A stretch of 60,273 nt of DNA, filler included, from Nitrospinae bacterium RIFCSPLOWO2_12_FULL_45_22 (GCA_001803565.1; 9 parts of 9 records of this genome joined end to end with filler, not necessarily neighbours in it), one strand, 5' to 3'; shown: positions 19,677 to 30,320, counted from the first letter of the whole stretch. A program made the numbers and translations. The notes: generated from the letters alone by a model not told the origin.

Positions 19677-20819
19677 TTACTGATTGCCCAGGATAGTCAC
19701 TATCCCTACAGACCCTGGCCCACCCAGGTTATAGGCCAAGCCCAATTGCGGATTTTTTACCTGGCGTTTTCCCGCCCGGCCTTGCAACTGCAGAGTCAGT
19801 TCATAAATCATACGTACACCGGTAGCACCAATAGGGTGGCCGAAGGACTTCAACCCACCGCTGGGGTTAACCGGCAGTTCCCCTTCCAGGGTTGCAGTAG
19901 GGATAAATTCTCCCCCTTCACCTTTCTTGCAGAATTTAAGGTCCTCATAGACTAAAATTTCTGTAATAGTAAAGCAGTCGTGCACTTCGGCAAAGCTGAT
20001 CTCTTTCCTGGGATTAGTGATACCCACCTGTTTATAGGCCATTTCTGCTGCTAAAGTGGTAGCTTCAAAACCTAGATAGTCATAGCCAGGTTTAAAATAG
20101 GGCTTCCCACTGGTTACCGCAAGCCCTAACCCCTTTACATACACCGGATTATCCCGGTATTTTTTGGCTAGCTCCTTCTTACAGATAATAGCCGCGGCTG
20201 CACCGTCAGTGGTAGGGCAGCAATCGAAAAGGCCCAGGGGGCTAGAGATCATTGGGGCTTTTACTACTTTGTCTACGGTCACTTCCATTTGGAAATGGGC
20301 CTTAGGACTAAAACAGCCATTCTTATGGTTTTTAACCGCAACCTGGGCCAGGGTTTCCCTGGTTATACCATACTTATGCATGTACCTGGTAGCGGCCATG
20401 GCAAACAGGCTAGGGGCTGTGGTTCCATAAGCCAATACTGGATGATTACCAAAGGTTCCCAGACCACGCTGTCCTGAGTCTTTCAATTTTTCTACCCCTA
20501 CCACCAGGGCATTATCGTACATTCCTGATGCCACAGCAAAACAGGCATTGCGGAAGGCATCCATCCCCGAGGCACAAAAATTCTCCACCCGCGTGATGGG
20601 AATATTATAGAGTTTGAGAGGGTCGGCCAAGGTAGTAGCAGATATTCCGGAGCTTAAGGTAGCTACCCAGGCAGCCTGGATTTCTTTAGGGTCAATCTGG
20701 GCATCGGCGAATGCCTCAAAGGCCGCTTCTATTATCATGTCATCAGTACTCATCTCGTAGTTCTCTCCAAACTTGCTGCACCCCACACCGATTACGGCTA
20801 TCTTATCCTTAATACTCAT
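19677..20819 (-). CDS. Thiolase of the SCP2/archaeal/PhlC-like type
   Basis: ENFCASG, EVHDCF, NPSGGL, GHPIGATG. Confidence 0.9.
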   Translation of the reverse strand: MSIKDKIAVIGVGCSKFGENYEMSTDDMIIEAAFEAFADAQIDPKEIQAAWVATLSSGISATTLADPLKLYNIPITRVENFCASGMDAFRNACFAVASGMYDNALVVGVEKLKDSGQRGLGTFGNHPVLAYGTTAPSLFAMAATRYMHKYGITRETLAQVAVKNHKNGCFSPKAHFQMEVTVDKVVKAPMISSPLGLFDCCPTTDGAAAAIICKKELAKKYRDNPVYVKGLGLAVTSGKPYFKPGYDYLGFEATTLAAEMAYKQVGITNPRKEISFAEVHDCFTITEILVYEDLKFCKKGEGGEFIPTATLEGELPVNPSGGLKSFGHPIGATGVRMIYELTLQLQGRAGKRQVKNPQLGLAYNLGGPGSVGIVTILGNQ

Positions 20820-20842
20820 ATCCCTTACCTCCCTCAGGTTTG

Positions 20843-20890
20843 ATTACTGGTTATTAGTTATTAGTTATTGGTTATCGGTTATTAGTTATT
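20843..20890. repeat. Intergenic heptamer tandem repeat (TTATTRG)n; complementary-type tract at 26108-26146
   Basis: ttactgg ttattag ttattag ttattgg ttatcgg ttattag ttatt. Confidence 0.75.
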
Positions 20891-22298
20891 AGATAGGTCT
20901 TGCCTTCCAGAAATAATTATGGAAGCCATAGCTATCATGGATCTTTCTAAAGGTTAATTCTACCGGCATATCTATTGCCACGGCATCGGGATTACAGTCG
21001 GTCATGGAAAGGTATATCCGGCAATTACCGCTCAAATCAATAACAGCTTGGGTATAGGGTGGGTCTGGACATATAGCCAGGTAATCGTGCGTAAAAGTAA
21101 AGACCTTCCCATCCCTGGCCAACTTTATATCAGTAAAATTATCCTTGGAACCGCACTCTACACAGACCCGGTCTCTGGGGTATTGGAGGGTGGAGCATTT
21201 ATTGCACCTCTCGCCATAAAGTGGTAGTAATTGTTTTTCATCCCGGAAAAATACTACCGGTGAAGTGACTGATGGCTCAGATGGGGTTTCTTTTATTGCC
21301 AGGTTGCGGAACCGGGTATATTTGCCATAGCTACTGATGGACAACTTGTTGGTTATCTGTCCATTTATACCCTTTTTGACTTTAAATTTTTCAATCGCCG
21401 CTGTAGCCTGGAGCAGGAAGGCATCGCTCCCATCGCCATAGCTTACCAATAATATTTTATCTCCCGGCTTAGCCCCTTCCAGGGCGGCACTGAGCATGAT
21501 CAGAGGGGCAGCGGTGCCGGTATCACCAAGCTGTAACCAAAAACTATCCTGGATTTGGGACTTGGGGTCAAAGCCAGCCTTGCCCGCAATGCCCGCTAAC
21601 CCTCGCGGGTTAGGGGAATAGATTACGGCCTTGGCTATATCCTGAGGCTTCAAGCCAAACTTAGCAAAGGCCTTTTTAAGCACTTCCCCCATGACCCGCG
21701 TATAGCCATATTTCAGCTCAAAGGACCCGGGGAAAGATTGGATAAACTGCCGGTTATCCAGGCGCCAGGTGCCCAGGAATTCATCGGCTAAAGAGTAGCT
21801 ATCCAATATTTCGGCAATAACATCTTCGGTATCCAGAAGGACTGCTCCCGCACCATCACCCACCATCTGTTCGGTTGGGGAGTCAGGCTCACCCATGCGG
21901 CAATCGGCAGCTACCACTAAGAGCTTTTTGGCTGTACCAGCTCGTACGGCATCTAAGGCTGCTAGCAAGGCCGAAGTGCCAGCCCGCAAAGAATCACTAA
22001 AATCGGCTGTTCGGATCTCTTTGCTCAAGTCCACCGCGGAAGCTACGGTAGTGGCTACCTGTTTTTCTCGATATGGTGGATTGGTGCTGGCAAAATATAA
22101 CCCCTCAATCTTTCTGGGGTCTTTATTAGCAATACAGTTCAGGCTAGCCTCTACCGCCATGGTCAAGCTGTCTTCATCATAATTAGTTACCGCCCTTTCT
22201 CCACCCATGGAAGGGATTCCCCATTCCTTAGCCAGGATATCCCGGCCTATTCTACATCTAGGTATATAAATACCATGAGCACTTATTCCTACTGCCAT
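20889..22298 (-). CDS. HMG-CoA synthase/KAS III-like domain fused to a DUF35 Zn-ribbon/OB-fold
   Basis: DEDSLTMAVEA, GDGAGA, GDTG, SYGDG; C-terminal CNKC...CVEC and OB-fold ending YFWKARP. Confidence 0.88.
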   Translation of the reverse strand: MAVGISAHGIYIPRCRIGRDILAKEWGIPSMGGERAVTNYDEDSLTMAVEASLNCIANKDPRKIEGLYFASTNPPYREKQVATTVASAVDLSKEIRTADFSDSLRAGTSALLAALDAVRAGTAKKLLVVAADCRMGEPDSPTEQMVGDGAGAVLLDTEDVIAEILDSYSLADEFLGTWRLDNRQFIQSFPGSFELKYGYTRVMGEVLKKAFAKFGLKPQDIAKAVIYSPNPRGLAGIAGKAGFDPKSQIQDSFWLQLGDTGTAAPLIMLSAALEGAKPGDKILLVSYGDGSDAFLLQATAAIEKFKVKKGINGQITNKLSISSYGKYTRFRNLAIKETPSEPSVTSPVVFFRDEKQLLPLYGERCNKCSTLQYPRDRVCVECGSKDNFTDIKLARDGKVFTFTHDYLAICPDPPYTQAVIDLSGNCRIYLSMTDCNPDAVAIDMPVELTFRKIHDSYGFHNYFWKARPI

Positions 22299-22543
22299 TG
22301 TCGCTCCCTCCTTATTGTTTGTTCAGATAGAAATCTCCCTTTCTTACACATCCCCTCTCATTGAGGGGAAGGGATAAGTGAGGGTGTCCTCTTTCAGACT
22401 CTTCACTACTTTTGGTCAAATATAAAATATGGCATATCATAGCACAATTTTTCAGAGTCAAGAAAAAAATTTTATTTGACACAGACAGATATTTTTTCTA
22501 GCATCTGCATTGCATTAACCCGCTCCAAACCGATACAGCTTTT

Positions 22544-22707
22544 GTAACTGTTTAGCCACGGATGGACACTGATGCGTGAGGCGTAAAGCGTGAGAGCGTA
22601 AGTGGTGAGGGGTATTTTCCCCTTACCACTTACTCCTTACGTCCATTATTACATCTGGGTATATCCGTGGCAAATATTTATAAGACTTTATTTGGCTGAA
22701 CTGTTAC
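22544..22707. repeat. Nested intergenic inverted repeats
   Basis: Outer GTAACTGTTTAGCC / GGCTGAACTGTTAC, middle GCCACGGAT / ATCCGTGGC, inner GTAAGTGGTGAGGG / CCCTTACCACTTAC. Confidence 0.65.
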
Positions 22708-22719
22708 CTTTTAAGTTAT

Positions 22720-23892
22720 ATGGACATAGATCAGGAGTCCTTACGAAAGGGGTTTGAGAGGTTTATTCAGGCAGCTAAAGGCATTCCGGACCAGGTACCT
22801 ATCTCTGCCCAGATGCCAGAGCATGTCCACTGGCTCTGTGGGCTGAACACGCAGGATTTTTATACCCAGCCGGTACCCTTTGTTAAGGCCATGGTAGCGG
22901 TTCACCAGTATTATCAATTAGATGTAGTGTATCTTTTTTATGATATATATAATGTAGAGGCAGAAGCCCTCGGTCAACCTATCCTTTATCGGCCCCATAG
23001 TATGCCAGATTTAGACCATAGAAGGCCCCTTATTAAAGAAAAGGGGGATCGAGATAAGCTGGTCCTGCCTATCCCTACTAAATCTGGCCGGATGCCTTTT
23101 GTGGTAGAAATATGCCGGCTATTTACGGACTATACTGGTCTGCCGGCCCTGACCGGGATTTGTGCCCCCTTTAGCCTGGCAGTAGGGATAAGGGGTTATG
23201 CGGCATGGGTTAGAGACTTGCGGAAAGATACCCAGTTTGCCCATGACCTTTTGCGGCTGCTTACCGAGGAAGTTTTGATCCCCTGGGCCAAAGGGTTAAA
23301 GGTGGCCTGTGAAGGGAAGCTGATTCTTTTTGCCGCTGATGCCTGGGCTTCCCCACCCAATATTGATATGAGTATCCAGGAAGAGTTTGTAGTCCCTTAT
23401 TCTAATCGCCTATATGAGGCTAGTGGTGTAGCTCCATTAGGCCAATGGGGTCACTCATTTATGCCTGACCCAGAAAAATTTATGGAGAGTCAACTGGCTA
23501 TGGGCATGCCGGGTATTATTGCCCTGGACCCAGATACCGAGAGGCTTGGACCGGAAAGATTCAAAGAGTTCGCCCTTAAGAAAGATGTCCCTCTTACCCT
23601 GGGCTTTAGCTCGCAATTATTACGGGATGGGCCACAGGAAAAGATTATAGAACGGGTAAGACACTATCTGACTATTGGCGCTCCAGGGGGAAAACTCCTT
23701 TTCTTTCTTAACTATGTGCCGGCTGATACTCCACCTGCCCATATTCAAACTGTAGTAAACACAGTCAGGCAACTGGGTCAATATACTGGGGAAGGGTTGG
23801 AGGTAGGGATTGGTCAGCCATGGGTACCGTTTCCGGATTATTTGAGAAATATCGGGATAAACGACCAGAGCTATTTTTATAGGAGGGATTAG
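22720..23892 (+). CDS. Uroporphyrinogen decarboxylase/MtaA-family protein
   Basis: DIYNVEAEALG, SGRMPFV, APFSLA, DAWAS, VPADTPPAHI. Confidence 0.8.
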   Translation: MDIDQESLRKGFERFIQAAKGIPDQVPISAQMPEHVHWLCGLNTQDFYTQPVPFVKAMVAVHQYYQLDVVYLFYDIYNVEAEALGQPILYRPHSMPDLDHRRPLIKEKGDRDKLVLPIPTKSGRMPFVVEICRLFTDYTGLPALTGICAPFSLAVGIRGYAAWVRDLRKDTQFAHDLLRLLTEEVLIPWAKGLKVACEGKLILFAADAWASPPNIDMSIQEEFVVPYSNRLYEASGVAPLGQWGHSFMPDPEKFMESQLAMGMPGIIALDPDTERLGPERFKEFALKKDVPLTLGFSSQLLRDGPQEKIIERVRHYLTIGAPGGKLLFFLNYVPADTPPAHIQTVVNTVRQLGQYTGEGLEVGIGQPWVPFPDYLRNIGINDQSYFYRRD

Positions 23893-23894
23893 AT

Positions 23895-24368
23895 ATGAGC
23901 AATGGGGAGTTAGAGAAAAGGATACAACTGTTAGAGGATCGAGAGGCGATAAAGGAATTGAGGGCCAGGTATTGCTGGACAGTAGATGAAGGGAAATATG
24001 AAGAGTTCCTGAACCTCTTTACTGACGACGTGGATTGTGATTTTGGCAGCCTGGGTACTTTTAAGGGCAAAGCCGAGTGGAGAAAATTTGTCTATGAAAC
24101 GATTCCGGTTTTCTTTTCCAAGATGCGTCACCTGATCCATAATGAGAGTACTGAACTTGAAGGAGGCCAGGCTAAAGGGAGGGCCTATTTTGAATTTGTC
24201 GGTATACGCCAGGGGGAGAGTTTTGTGGGTGGTGGTCATTATGAGCATAAATATAGCAAGATAGATGGTCAGTGGAGATTCAACGCGATCAAGGCAGTAA
24301 TTTATTATATGGCTCCGCTCAAAGAAGGCTGGGCTAAAGGGAGCGACTACTGCGGGCTGATGATCTGA
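23895..24368 (+). CDS. NTF2/SnoaL-like protein (BaiE-like)
   Basis: LEDREAIKELRARYC...LFTDD...RHLIHN...GHYEHKY...DGQWRF. Confidence 0.85.
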   Translation: MSNGELEKRIQLLEDREAIKELRARYCWTVDEGKYEEFLNLFTDDVDCDFGSLGTFKGKAEWRKFVYETIPVFFSKMRHLIHNESTELEGGQAKGRAYFEFVGIRQGESFVGGGHYEHKYSKIDGQWRFNAIKAVIYYMAPLKEGWAKGSDYCGLMI

Positions 24369-24937
24369 CCTTTTCGGTGTGTCAGGGCCACGTCAAGGTC
24401 ATCTTAGAAGTCGATTGGGTAACTCAAGGCTTTAGCCTTGACAGATCAACCCTGAAGGGTTGAGTTACAGGGGCTGCTCAGGATGCTTTGACGTTACCGT
24501 GTTCGGTGTGTGATTAAGGATTGTTCTGAGACAAAAAATATGATATGCTNNNNNNNNTTCGGTGTGTGATTAAGGATTGTTCTGAGACAAAAAATATGAT
24601 ATGCTAGCCCCATATTTTGATAGCAGAGGAATTTTCTTTTTGGACCCAGATGAACACAGATTATCTGGCTATTAACCAAGGTGAGTTGTGAGCAGTGAGG
24701 AGTAAGCAGTGACTGCTCACTAAAATAAAAAGGGTGTGGCTATTCTTTGTCATAAAACCTAGTAGTTACTCAATAAGTTGTGGAAAATGCCCTTGAACCA
24801 GACGCTGATTCTTCTCCGCGTCTCTGTGCCTCTGCGGTGATATTAACTCCCCACAAGATATTGAGCAATTACTTCCACTACCATTATTAATGGATTTCTG
24901 ACAGAAAATAGCCCCCCCAAATAAAAGGGAGAGGGTT

Positions 24938-26110
24938 ATGGACTTCAGGTTTACTCAGGAAGAGGAGAAGTTTCGACAGGAGATAAGGGAATTTCTCAAG
25001 CGAGAACTCCCTCCTGATTGGACAGGGTGGCCAGTTTTGGGAGAAGCGGATACTGATGAAGATTGGGCATTTTGCCGGCAGATGACCCGCAAGTTGGCCG
25101 AGAGGGGCTGGTTAGCTATTGGCTGGCCCAAAGAATATGGTGGCCAGGGGGCATCCTATATCATGCAGATCATCCTTAGTGAGGAAATTAATTATCATCA
25201 GTCACCCGGGATGGATTTTATGGGTATCGGGATGCTGGGGCCTGCTCTGATGGCCCATGGGGCTGAGGAACAGAAGAGGCGCTATCTCCCTGGTATTGCC
25301 CGGGCAGAGGTAGTCTGGTGCCAGGGTTTTAGCGAGCCTAATGCCGGTTGCGATTTGGCATCGCTCCAGACCAGGGCGGTAGAAACTGACGACTGTTTTA
25401 TTGCTAATGGCCAGAAACTCTGGACCAGTAATGCCCACCGGGCAGATTGGTGCTTTTTTTTAGCCCGGACAGACCCAGAAGCCCCTAAACATAAAGGAAT
25501 CAGCTTTTTATTGGTGGATCTCAAGACCCCGGGTATTACGATCCGTCCCCTCGTAAATATAGCCAATGGCCGGTCTTTTAATGAGGTCTATTTTGATGAA
25601 GTGAGGGTCCCTAAAGAGAATTTGGTGGGGCAGAAGAACCGAGGATGGCAGGTAGCCCAGACTTTGCTGGGGCATGAGCGATCGGGGATACATAGAATTG
25701 CAAGCGCCAGACGTAACGCTGATCTTTTAATCGAGTATGCCCGCGAGACCGGCTTGGGCAAAGACCCCTTGATAAAGCAGAAGCTGGTCCAGCTAACCAT
25801 TGAGGGAGATATAGCCAGACTCCTGGCTTATCGCGTGGGCTGGCTACAAACTACGGGACAGGCTGTAGAATATGAAGCCTCTATGTCCCGGGTATATGGT
25901 GCAGAATACCAGCAACGGGTTGCCCGGGTAGGCATGCAAATCCTGGGCCTCTATGGTCAACTGGCGAAGGATTCTAAATGGACAAAACTGTATGGAAAAA
26001 TAGAAGAAGATTATCTGTGCTCTATTGGTGCAACCTTAGCTGCCGGTACTTCTGAGATACAGAGAAATATTATTGCCTTAAGGGGCTTGGATCTACCCCG
26101 GGGCAATTAA
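24938..26110 (+). CDS. Acyl-CoA dehydrogenase, catalytic-type subunit
   Basis: WCQGFSEPNAGCDLASL, NGQKLWTS, FNEVYFD, LGHER, AGTSEIQRNII. Confidence 0.92.
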   Translation: MDFRFTQEEEKFRQEIREFLKRELPPDWTGWPVLGEADTDEDWAFCRQMTRKLAERGWLAIGWPKEYGGQGASYIMQIILSEEINYHQSPGMDFMGIGMLGPALMAHGAEEQKRRYLPGIARAEVVWCQGFSEPNAGCDLASLQTRAVETDDCFIANGQKLWTSNAHRADWCFFLARTDPEAPKHKGISFLLVDLKTPGITIRPLVNIANGRSFNEVYFDEVRVPKENLVGQKNRGWQVAQTLLGHERSGIHRIASARRNADLLIEYARETGLGKDPLIKQKLVQLTIEGDIARLLAYRVGWLQTTGQAVEYEASMSRVYGAEYQQRVARVGMQILGLYGQLAKDSKWTKLYGKIEEDYLCSIGATLAAGTSEIQRNIIALRGLDLPRGN

Positions 26111-26162
26111 TAACCAATAACTAATGACCAATGACCAATAACTAAATGGGGAGGGAAAGATT

Positions 26163-27296
26163 ATGGATCTGGGGTGGAATGAAGAACAGGAGATGCTTAG
26201 AAAGACCGCACGGGATTTTTTGGCCAAAGAATGTCCTCCAACATTGATACGGGCTGTGGAAGAAGACGATAAGGGGTACTCTCCTGAGCTCTATAAGAAG
26301 ATGGCTGAGCTAGGCTGGCTGGGATTGGTGTTTCCAGAGAAATATGGTGGCGGTGATGGTGAGTTTCTGGATTTAGTAGCTTTACTAGAAGAGATGGGGC
26401 GTTACCTGGTACCAGATACTTTTGTCTCTACGGTAGTCCCTTGCGGCCTGCCTATCCTTTCTGCTGGCAGTGAGGAACAGAAGCAAAAGTTATTACCCCA
26501 GATAGCCGCTGGGAAGATAATCCTGGCCCTTGCCCTGACCGAGCCCAGCGCTACTTATGACCCCAGTGGCATTACTGTGCGGGCTGTGGCAGGGAAGGAT
26601 GATTATATTATCAATGGCACTAAGCTATTTGTCCCTAATGCCCATATAGCCGACTATCTGCTCTGTGCTGCCCGTACTAAAGAAACGGCTAAGAAGGAAG
26701 ATGGGATAACCCTATTTTTGGTAGAGAGTAAGAGCCCGGGGATATCTTGCGCCTTACTAAAGACCATCGCCTCTGATCGGCAATGCGAGGTAAATTTTAA
26801 GGATGTAAGGGTGCCCAAAAAGAATATCGTAGGTGATCTGGATAAGGGTTGGGCAGTTCTGAGCAAGGCATTAGAACAAGCTGCTATTGCTGAATGTACC
26901 CTGATGCTGGGTGGTGCCCAGCAAGTCCTGGAAATGACAGTCAATTATGCCAAAGAGCGGATCCAGTTTGATCGCCCTATTGGCAGCTTCCAGGCCATCC
27001 AGCATAAATGCGCCAATATGCTTATTGATATTGATGGTGCCAAATATATCACTTACCAGGCCGCCTGGAAATGCAGCGAGGGCCTTGATTGTACCCGGGA
27101 GGTATCTATGGCTAAGGCATGGGTAAGCGAGGCTTATCAGCGGGTCTGCATAGAAGCCCATCAGATCCATGGCGGCATAGGCTTCACTAAGGAACATGAC
27201 CTCCAGCTCTATTTCCGCCGGGCAAAGAAGTCAGAGCTGGCCTTTGGTGACGCCACCTTTCATCGGGAGCTAGTTGCCCAACACTTAGGGCTATAA
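26163..27296 (+). CDS. Acyl-CoA dehydrogenase, partner subunit
   Basis: ALTEP, INGTKLFV, RIQFDRPIGSFQAIQH, QIHGGIGFT. Confidence 0.92.
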   Translation: MDLGWNEEQEMLRKTARDFLAKECPPTLIRAVEEDDKGYSPELYKKMAELGWLGLVFPEKYGGGDGEFLDLVALLEEMGRYLVPDTFVSTVVPCGLPILSAGSEEQKQKLLPQIAAGKIILALALTEPSATYDPSGITVRAVAGKDDYIINGTKLFVPNAHIADYLLCAARTKETAKKEDGITLFLVESKSPGISCALLKTIASDRQCEVNFKDVRVPKKNIVGDLDKGWAVLSKALEQAAIAECTLMLGGAQQVLEMTVNYAKERIQFDRPIGSFQAIQHKCANMLIDIDGAKYITYQAAWKCSEGLDCTREVSMAKAWVSEAYQRVCIEAHQIHGGIGFTKEHDLQLYFRRAKKSELAFGDATFHRELVAQHLGL

Positions 27297-27576
27297 ATAT
27301 AAAAAAGGGTAAATCTAAAAACGGAAATTTAATAAATTTAAGTAGTGTCCCTTAATTTCATTCAAACTAATTTATTTATGGACCCAGGTAAAAATTCATT
27401 GATCTGAGTGAGATAAAGGCTTCTTAGTAGGAAGGGGGGGATTATGCTACCCTCCAATAAATTTGTCCCATTAAGGGATAACAACAGGCTTTGCGGCGCT
27501 CTATTATTTTGGATTAATGGGTTGAGGTCGCTCCATGCCGCCCGCTTCATGGTACCGCCTGGCGTCTAGAGGTTGC

Positions 27577-28911
27577 TCAGGTTAGGGGTAAGGGGGTGAG
27601 GCCGAGGCTCTGGAGGAAAGATTCCAGGTGATCCAGTACCTGGATCTCTTGCAACTCCCGCGGATCAGCGCTGCTCCCTTCATAGACCATACTGGGGATA
27701 CCTTCGTTTTGTAAACCCAGCCGCTGTTCTACATGGTGTGCGGCCCCGCCTTTACAGGAACGGTCCAGGATAAATATTACTCCATCAGCCTTCCAGCCCT
27801 GGGCTACTTTCACCTGCTCTTCCACCTTTAAGGAAAGAAGGAAAGAGCTTATCATGGGGGTATAGATTAAATATAGCTCTGCCAGGGCATTGAGGGCATC
27901 ATCCCGGTTCTTTATCACTATACCCCGCTCAGTGGGAGTTTTAGCCACCTTCCAGGCGCCGTCCCCGGCCACTTCAAAGGCCCCATGAATAGCAAACATC
28001 ATGCGGCCACCAATAAACGTTGCCCCGTATTTTTGAGGAAGCTTCATGATACTCTTGTTATACCAGGGGGGTAACCCTTCGTGCAGCAACCGGCACCGTT
28101 CCCAGGCAAAGGCAGCTATCTGGTTCTTTACCCGATCCTCTACTTCATCACATAGCATCTGGAGCCAATCAGCGGTCCCTTTCTTATGTTTAGCCGATAC
28201 CATCAAGGTAGTGAAGGAATTGAACATCTTTAGGTCCAATGGCGCCGGTATAGCCTTCTGGAAATCGCTGATCTTTGCCCAGCATACCTGACTACGCCAC
28301 TCATTCTGTACCGCCTCCAGCAACAACTCATCATCATATTTCTTTTTGGTAACCTTTTCCATCCACTCAATCGCCTGGTGCATCTGGGAGATAAGATAAT
28401 TTTTCCCAATCTCGATCCGTGACTCCGGGATGATCGGGATATCTACCGCGAAAAAAGGGATGCCATAGTGTTCGCTGAGCATGAGGGAGGTCTTGGCCTG
28501 GGCTTCACAGGCATGGGCATCAATGCAAAAATCCGGTACTACCATATCTCCCCAGGGGCTACGGTTATGAAAATCGAGCAGGGCAGACCCCAGGCTTACC
28601 CGCAGTGTAGCACAAGTATCTGCTGCCAGGCCCTTGACTTCGGCCGCCTCATGGCATCTAATGGCCAGGTCGCGGTCACGCATTATCCGGGAAAAATAAG
28701 GCCCCACACCAAATATGCCACAATCACCCAGCCCCGCTGAGAGGGAAGATAGCATGGCATAACCCCCTAAGATTAAAGGCTCGCCACGCTCTTTGGCCTT
28801 CCACATGCTTAAAAAATAGTCCTTTCTTAACTCCTTCATCCTTTGCCAGCAATCCAAAGGTTTTGTCTCATATTTCTGTAAAGTGTTCATCTCTCGCATC
28901 CTTTCGCACAA
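27577..28911 (-). CDS. 2-hydroxyacyl-CoA dehydratase / benzoyl-CoA reductase BzdO-like subunit
   Basis: KYETKPLDCW, DTCATL, HACEAQAK, DRSCKG, YEGSSADPRE. Confidence 0.8.
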   Translation of the reverse strand: MCERMREMNTLQKYETKPLDCWQRMKELRKDYFLSMWKAKERGEPLILGGYAMLSSLSAGLGDCGIFGVGPYFSRIMRDRDLAIRCHEAAEVKGLAADTCATLRVSLGSALLDFHNRSPWGDMVVPDFCIDAHACEAQAKTSLMLSEHYGIPFFAVDIPIIPESRIEIGKNYLISQMHQAIEWMEKVTKKKYDDELLLEAVQNEWRSQVCWAKISDFQKAIPAPLDLKMFNSFTTLMVSAKHKKGTADWLQMLCDEVEDRVKNQIAAFAWERCRLLHEGLPPWYNKSIMKLPQKYGATFIGGRMMFAIHGAFEVAGDGAWKVAKTPTERGIVIKNRDDALNALAELYLIYTPMISSFLLSLKVEEQVKVAQGWKADGVIFILDRSCKGGAAHHVEQRLGLQNEGIPSMVYEGSSADPRELQEIQVLDHLESFLQSLGLTPLPLT

Positions 28912-29069
28912 ATGATATGGGTGTAACTAGTTTCTGTCAGAAATCCATTAACCCTGTAGTGGCAGAGCCGGGTACCCTTTGGGTGCTGCTAGGAATGTCG
29001 AGCAAGCTCGACCACTACAAATTATATTATATAGGCTTTATGACAAAGAATAGCCGCACCCAAATATAT

Positions 29070-30197
29070 TCACAGTATCTCTTGCCTGAGCACCTCGATA
29101 AATGCCTCTACGCGAGTACGGAACTGCCCTACCGGGATAGTAATATCGGTCTCTAGCTCCAGGGTAGGGATGTTATGGGACTTAAGCAATGACTTAATAA
29201 CGGGTAAGTCGTAACCATGAGGGTCACAGAATTTTTGCTGAATGAGGATTGCCCCATGGACCTTATAATCTTTAACCAACTGTAGTATATGGGGTAGGCG
29301 ACGTCGTTCTACCAGGTCTTTTTGTGGGCACAAAGGCCGCTGTATATAACGCTGGGCAATAGCGGCCAGGCGATCCTCTTCGGGAATAATCTCATTCCAG
29401 AAATAGCGACTGCCGGTACAATGGTCATCAATTACCAGATTAGCTCCCAGGGATTCAGTCAGGTGTAAGAAGCCCAGGTCATCGCTCTCGCTACCGATAA
29501 GCATTAAGCGAACTCCTGGTTCAAGCCCATTTTTCTCTTGCTGCAACTCTTCTAGCATAGACCTGAGCCAATAGTTATGCTCCTCTTTATCCATAAACAT
29601 ACTGGCTAGCACCATCTCCATAGACCCTGCGCCAGAGATCGGTGGCCGCTCCCGCTTCCTGAGCTCATAAATTTGCCTCATCAGGCGCCGGTTAGTGTTA
29701 TATATTTCTATGCTATGGTCTAAAGCCTGCGTAGAGATAGTATTGCCGCTCCAATCTTCTAATGCCTGTTTAAGGGCCTGGAGTTCTTCTGTTAAACAGT
29801 CCCTGGCGGAAGGATTTACCAGATGGGCGGGCATATAAAGATAATAACTAAAAGTAATAGGTATATGCCGTCGCCAACTGTCAAAGGTCTGGCGTATATG
29901 CATACACGAATGGGCAGTTATAATACCGTCCAAATAGCTATACTCTCCTTTCAGGCCCTGGGCCAGGCAGTCCCTGGAATGAGCACAGTACATACCATAG
30001 ATATGCATCTCGCTTATATCCTGGGGCTCATGGCTACCCATGATCCGCACTGGCAGGATACCAGCGGCATAGATGACTTCTTCAGGGACATAAGTACACA
30101 AATAGCCCATTACCTTCCCACCAGTACGGGCTTTCCATTCCTGGGCATATTGATGCCGCTCTGTAACTACTTGCTGAAATTTATCTAGTGCCTCCAC
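29070..30197 (-). CDS. 2-hydroxyacyl-CoA dehydratase / benzoyl-CoA reductase BzdN-like subunit
   Basis: GYLCTYVPEE, MYCAHSRDC, DDHCTGSRY, QKFCDPH, GQFRTRVEAF. Confidence 0.85.
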   Translation of the reverse strand: MEALDKFQQVVTERHQYAQEWKARTGGKVMGYLCTYVPEEVIYAAGILPVRIMGSHEPQDISEMHIYGMYCAHSRDCLAQGLKGEYSYLDGIITAHSCMHIRQTFDSWRRHIPITFSYYLYMPAHLVNPSARDCLTEELQALKQALEDWSGNTISTQALDHSIEIYNTNRRLMRQIYELRKRERPPISGAGSMEMVLASMFMDKEEHNYWLRSMLEELQQEKNGLEPGVRLMLIGSESDDLGFLHLTESLGANLVIDDHCTGSRYFWNEIIPEEDRLAAIAQRYIQRPLCPQKDLVERRRLPHILQLVKDYKVHGAILIQQKFCDPHGYDLPVIKSLLKSHNIPTLELETDITIPVGQFRTRVEAFIEVLRQEIL

Positions 30198-30217
30198 CGT
30201 TAAGTACCTTTCCCTTT

Positions 30218-30290
30218 CATAAACGAACTAAGCTCAGATGCAGCTATGGAGCGTAGCAGAATAGCGGGCCGGTGCAGCGCCTTGCTAGGC
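30218..30290 (-). mobile_element. Degenerate attC site downstream of a TA pair
   Basis: GCCTAGC-aaggcgctgcaccggcccgctattctgctacgctccatagctgcatctgagcttagttc-GTTTATG; matching GTTAGGC core at 31053-31047. Confidence 0.6.
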
Positions 30291-30320
30291 CATTTTCCTT
30301 TAAATGCTCCTACAATGCTC

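Noticed and set aside
24502-24607. About 48-bp direct repeat around an 8-N gap
   Set aside because: Overlap duplicated on both sides of a scaffold gap; most likely an assembly artefact
20843-26146. Heptamer tracts as CRISPR arrays
   Set aside because: Short tandem units with no unique spacers and no cas genes
27577-30197. Firm call of benzoyl-CoA reductase
   Set aside because: ATPase subunits and other bzd genes are absent from the contig, and the family also includes dehydratases
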